Source: an uncultured bacterium (GTDB lineage: Bacteria; Patescibacteriota; Minisyncoccia; UBA6257; GWB1-50-10). From it: a DNA stretch of 64,000 nucleotides. Below, in pieces: positions 60,370 through 64,000 of the stretch (position 1 is its first letter; each line of letters begins with the position of its first letter). Where the stretch lies: contig OY970216.1 in assembly GCA_963713955.1 (NCBI GenBank), positions 296,850 to 360,849 of the forward strand. Reading direction: 5' to 3'. The translations under genes and the position numbers were made by a program. The notes under the pieces are model-generated. The model did not search any database. It was given only the letters and a program-made list of their open reading frames with translations, and was not told where the DNA came from.

Positions 60370-61392
60370 TTATTTGGTGAAGTAGAGGAATTCCAAGATG
60401 ATGAGAATGAACCAGCCGACTTGGAGGATAAACCACGCGATGATTTCCACCCACTCCGCCCGCTCCTTGCTCGAGACGGTGAAATTCTCGACAAAAGAAG
60501 AGTAGATCCCGTCCAGCGAATCCAATTTTTCTTTTATGGTCGAACGCCACTCGCTGATCTTGAGTTTCTTGCTCGCGAGGTCATAAAATCGCGCCGAGTA
60601 CCAGTCGCCGATGAGTTTGATATCCCGTTCCAAAGACTCGAAAGCCGAAATCCAGGTGATGCGCCTCTGTAGTATGTCTCTCGCGGTTTCGGAAATAATC
60701 TTGTTTTTGGAAAACAGTCTTTTCTTCTGGGGTGCCATGAGTTGCTTTGAGATGTTTTCGATCTGGTCGTCGAGTCTCCGGTCGAGTACTCGGTGTCTCA
60801 GAAGCTGGAGATTCGCTAAGGTCAGGAGTTCCACCGCCAAACCAAAATCGCCTTCGATGTCGAAGAGGAACGCACCGTCCCAGTCTATGACGGACAAGTC
60901 GTGTTTGGCATATTTTATTTGGGTGGAAAGAGTATACTCAATTTCTTTCGGGTCGAGCGTAAGATTCTCCGATTTGAGGAGGGCGGCCATGACCGGCGCA
61001 TGCGTGAGAAACTGTTCCGGGTCGCCCTCGTATCCCGAGACCTCGAAGATGGAATACATTTCACTCATCTCCTCACTGCCGCTCCATTCTTTGAGAATCC
61101 GATAGCTCTCATCGTACAACTTCTTCTCCCAGCCGCTTGTCTCGCTTTCGTCGAAAATGTCTTTGAGTTCAAGGTTCGCCTCGACGACGAGTATGGAAGG
61201 GGCGTAGCCGAGGATGGAAAAAACCACGTCCCGGTCTTCTATTTTCTTCTTCTCTTCACCGATCACGACGAGGTGGGGCACCGAAGAGGGGAAATAATGC
61301 GGTCCGCTTTTCTGCGTTTCGGATTTGAATATTTTCCCCCTCACGGCCTTGGGCACTTCCGAAAGAACCAGCGTCACGAGTTGATTTTTCAT
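60370..61392 (-). CDS. Hypothetical protein with C-terminal TM (RMD1/DUF155-like, tentative)
   Basis: IDWDGA, ANLQLL..R.LD..LD, K.IGDWY.AR.Y......K...W...I..KL..L, then a C-terminal TM helix. Confidence 0.65.
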   Translation of the reverse strand: MKNQLVTLVLSEVPKAVRGKIFKSETQKSGPHYFPSSVPHLVVIGEEKKKIEDRDVVFSILGYAPSILVVEANLELKDIFDESETSGWEKKLYDESYRILKEWSGSEEMSEMYSIFEVSGYEGDPEQFLTHAPVMAALLKSENLTLDPKEIEYTLSTQIKYAKHDLSVIDWDGAFLFDIEGDFGLAVELLTLANLQLLRHRVLDRRLDDQIENISKQLMAPQKKRLFSKNKIISETARDILQRRITWISAFESLERDIKLIGDWYSARFYDLASKKLKISEWRSTIKEKLDSLDGIYSSFVENFTVSSKERAEWVEIIAWFILQVGWFILIILEFLYFTK

Positions 61393-61417
61393 GCGCTTTC
61401 ATTATAAACTATAACCA

Positions 61418-62722
61418 ATGTTCAACAAAATCAGGCCGAAGAACCTGCTTTTGGCAATAGTTTTGGTGGCCATCGCAGCCGGGATTTTCGATTACCAGCC
61501 GCTGTGGGAGACCATTTCCGGCTTCAGGCCGTGGAATTTGGGATTGGATCTCGCGGGGGGGAGTGCACTGACCTACAGCATCGACTTATCCAAAGTTCCA
61601 GCTTTGGATCAGGGAACGGTTGTGAACGGCTTGCGGGACGTCATAGAAAAAAGAGTCAACTTGTTCGGCGTTTCGGAGCCGAAGGTTTATACCGAGACGG
61701 CCGGAAGCGGTTACCGACTGGTCGTGGAACTTGCGGGTGTGAAGGACGTCAATCAGGCCATCCAGGAAATCGGCGCAACGCCGTTTTTGGACTTCCGGGA
61801 AGTCCAGGAAGCGAATGCCACGTCATCGCAGGCGACGACAACCTCCTCGACTTCGACTTTGAGCGAGCAGAATTTGGAGTTTATTCCAACCGCCCTCAAC
61901 GGGCGGTACGTGATCGGCGCGACGTGGTCACGCAGTTCCATAACCAGCCAGCCGGAGGTTGACATCGAGTTCAATTCCGAAGGGGCGAAGATTTTCGAGG
62001 ATTTGACTTCGAGGAACGTGGGGAAGCCGCTGGCCATATTTCTCGATAACCAACTTATAGAGATGCCGACTGTCCAGGAGGCGATAAGCGGCGGCAAGGC
62101 TCAGATAACCGGCAATTTCACTCCGGAGAGCGCCGAGCTTCTCGTCGAACGATTCAATGCTGGCGCCTTGCCCGCTCCGATCACGCTCATCAATCAACAA
62201 ACAATAAGTCCGGATTTCGGGAAAAACGCCCTTGATACGGCGATCCTCGCTGGCATCATCGGAACCTTGGCGGTTATGGTTTTCATGCTCATCTATTACA
62301 AGAAGCTTGGTATCTTCGCCTCGGCGGCCCTTCTTATCTACATCGCGATAACGCTTGCCATATTCAAAATCGTGCCGGTTACGATGACCTTGGCGGGAAT
62401 CGCTGGATTCATTCTTTCCATCGGCATGGCTGTCGACGCGAACGTTCTGGTCTTCGAAAGAACCAAGGAAGAATTGAAACGGGGCTTGAGTCACGCATCG
62501 GCCGTCGAGGAGGGATTCAAGAGAGCTTGGACGTCGATCAGGGATTCCAACGTTTCCACTATCATCACTTCGGCAGTCCTCTATTACTTCACCTCCAGTT
62601 TCGTCAAGGGTTTCGCGCTCTCCCTTTTGATCGGCGTTCTGGTGAGCTTGTTCTCGGCGATAACGACTACGCGGACGCTCCTCAGGGTTTTCGAGAGCAG
62701 CGATAAAAAACAAACCGCATGA
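61418..62722 (+). CDS. secD: Protein translocase subunit SecD
   Basis: LGLDLAGG, RVN.FGVSEP, LAIFLD, GALP, TLAGIAG.ILSIGMAVDANVL.FER.KEE, DSN.STII. Confidence 0.96.
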   Translation: MFNKIRPKNLLLAIVLVAIAAGIFDYQPLWETISGFRPWNLGLDLAGGSALTYSIDLSKVPALDQGTVVNGLRDVIEKRVNLFGVSEPKVYTETAGSGYRLVVELAGVKDVNQAIQEIGATPFLDFREVQEANATSSQATTTSSTSTLSEQNLEFIPTALNGRYVIGATWSRSSITSQPEVDIEFNSEGAKIFEDLTSRNVGKPLAIFLDNQLIEMPTVQEAISGGKAQITGNFTPESAELLVERFNAGALPAPITLINQQTISPDFGKNALDTAILAGIIGTLAVMVFMLIYYKKLGIFASAALLIYIAITLAIFKIVPVTMTLAGIAGFILSIGMAVDANVLVFERTKEELKRGLSHASAVEEGFKRAWTSIRDSNVSTIITSAVLYYFTSSFVKGFALSLLIGVLVSLFSAITTTRTLLRVFESSDKKQTA

Positions 62723-63615
62723 AATTTTTGAACGTCGTTGAAAACAAAAAATACTATTTATCGTTCGCCGCCGCAATCGTGTTAGCGAGCTGGCTCTGCG
62801 TCTTGTTCTTGGGACTAAAACCGGGCATCGATTTGTCCGGCGGGACCGAGTGGCAGATCGCTTTCAAGAACGGAAACGTTTCCGTTTCAGAGATCCAATC
62901 CGTTTTGTCCGGGGCGGGAGTGGTGGAACCGTCGGTGCGGAGCGTCGGCGAAAATTCGTTTACGATTGAAACCCTTCCGATGAACGAAGCGGATCATCAA
63001 AAATATGCGGAAGTCCTGAAGACAAAGATCGGCGATTTTGAAGAGCAAAATTTCTCGAGCATCGGCCCGGTCATTGGAAGTGAGCTCGCGAAGAAATCGG
63101 TAACCGCCATCATTCTGGTCTTGGTAGGCATTTCGCTCTATATCGCGTACGCGTTCCGGAAAGTTTCCGAGCCGGTCAAGTCGTGGAAGTACGGGCTCAT
63201 AACCTTGGTGACGCTCGTTCACGATGTATCGATCCCGGGCGGCTTTCTCGCGCTCCTCGGTTTTTTCAAGGGTGTTGAGATGGACACCAATTTCATCGTC
63301 GCGCTCCTCGTCATCATGGGATTTTCGGTCCACGATACGATTGTCGTCTTTGACCGGATCCGCGAGAATTTGATGCTTGCGCGGGGCAAGAAAACGTCCC
63401 TGGGAGAAATAATAGACTACAGCGTGAGAGAGACGTTCGCGAGGTCGGTCAATACGTCGCTTGCCCTAATCCTCGTTCTCATGGCACTTCTCGTTTTCGG
63501 TCCGCCGTCCCTCTTTTACTTCGTGTTAACCATGCTCATCGGGACTATTTTCGGGACCTATTCATCGATTTTCGTCGCGAGTCCCTTGCTCTATTTGTGG
63601 CAAAAGAGGGATTAG
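62719..63615 (+). CDS. secF: Protein translocase subunit SecF
   Basis: GIDLSGG, IGPVIG.EL, HD, GFSVHDTIVVFDRIREN, RS.NTS, GTYSSIFVASP. Confidence 0.96.
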   Translation: MKFLNVVENKKYYLSFAAAIVLASWLCVLFLGLKPGIDLSGGTEWQIAFKNGNVSVSEIQSVLSGAGVVEPSVRSVGENSFTIETLPMNEADHQKYAEVLKTKIGDFEEQNFSSIGPVIGSELAKKSVTAIILVLVGISLYIAYAFRKVSEPVKSWKYGLITLVTLVHDVSIPGGFLALLGFFKGVEMDTNFIVALLVIMGFSVHDTIVVFDRIRENLMLARGKKTSLGEIIDYSVRETFARSVNTSLALILVLMALLVFGPPSLFYFVLTMLIGTIFGTYSSIFVASPLLYLWQKRD

Positions 63616-63622
63616 CGTCGGT

Positions 63623-64000
63623 GGGTATCCCTAGTCAATTGGCGCAAAGGTTAACGACTTTTTGAGGTAGTTCCTGGGGTTTTGAAACAATTCCGGTGAG
63701 GAAAATCTGACGGAAAATTCCCTCACGTAGTCAGGCATCTTCTCCGCGGTCACGTGATGGTACATTCTCCTCACGAATGTCCTGAAGTTCCCGAACATCC
63801 CCTCGATCTCGGAGGTCTTCCCGAACTCCCATTTAGCATGGATGTCCCGTTCGTGTCTCACTGGCCACCATCTCTCGATGCCCCGGTATATGGCTGCCCC
63901 ATCGGTATGGAGCCTCGCCCTCGGCTTCACGTACTCCATGAGGAACCGAACCGCTTCTGCTCGGTCAACCGACTTCTCGGGCAAAACCACGTACGCGACC
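63623..64000 (-). mobile_element. IS1595-family (ISXO2-like) transposase, 3' part; runs off the window
   Basis: CDS 63631->64000: VKPRA.LHTDG..IY..I, H....H, EIEG.FG..R....RMYHHV....MP.YV.EF..RF; candidate IS end GGGTATCCCTAGTCAAT overlaps the stop. Confidence 0.8.

Noticed and set aside
14530-62776. Long antisense or alternate-frame ORFs (e.g. 14530-15330, 18352-19233, 20072-21163, 25056-25931, 33898-34902, 39684-40451, 59182-59925, 61928-62776)
   Set aside because: Fully shadow well-supported genes, have no motifs, and are expected from codon bias.
1-64000. CRISPR array / cas genes
   Set aside because: No run of equal-length direct repeats with unique spacers; repeats are dispersed or heptameric, and no Cas motifs are seen.
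1-64000. Alternative genetic code (UGA=Gly)
   Set aside because: Conserved genes are full-length under code 11 and several end at TGA (e.g. gatA, pheT, secD).

Overview
A 64-kb chromosomal segment that looks like a Patescibacteria/CPR (Parcubacteria-like) genome. The taxonomy is my inference from a short PheT, DUF5652, a Cys-rich ~580-aa CPR-type protein, multiple pilin-LamG genes and no biosynthetic or respiratory genes; genetic code 11 applies (TGA = stop). Housekeeping genes: hisS, pheS/pheT, gatC/gatA, tgt, cca, secD/secF, recG, a UvrD/PcrA helicase, an AddA-like helicase-nuclease, mutY, family-4 UDG, DsbA/VKOR, a MacAB-like ABC system, a P3A-type ATPase, an NRAMP transporter and 7 tRNAs. 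Also present are a HigBA-like toxin-antitoxin (TA) pair and a truncated IS1595-family transposase at the right edge. I found no CRISPR array, rRNA or reverse transcriptase. The most interesting signals are mostly non-coding or sub-genic: (1) three dispersed type-IV-pilin/LamG genes with constant ends, a hypervariable middle and mosaic DNA tracts; (2) a ~210-218-bp structured repeat in three copies, with stems that differ completely in sequence but conserved loops; (3) a CCCC..ACC/GGT..GGGG palindromic element family that inserts in-frame into recG and a pilin gene, plus a related element that appears to donate recG's start codon; (4) a leader-peptide attenuator (1:2, 2:3, 3:4 stems) in front of an ORFan; (5) a cassette-like array behind tRNA-fMet, punctuated by att-like and terminator repeats; (6) a hairpin-interrupted tRNA-Ala half / GIY-YIG / intact tRNA-Ala unit; (7) pervasive leaderless promoters and an AAAGGYCG motif at the 5' end of leadered mRNAs; (8) all seven tRNA genes ending in discriminator-C-A rather than CCA. 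Product calls come from manual motif recognition only; no database searches were run.
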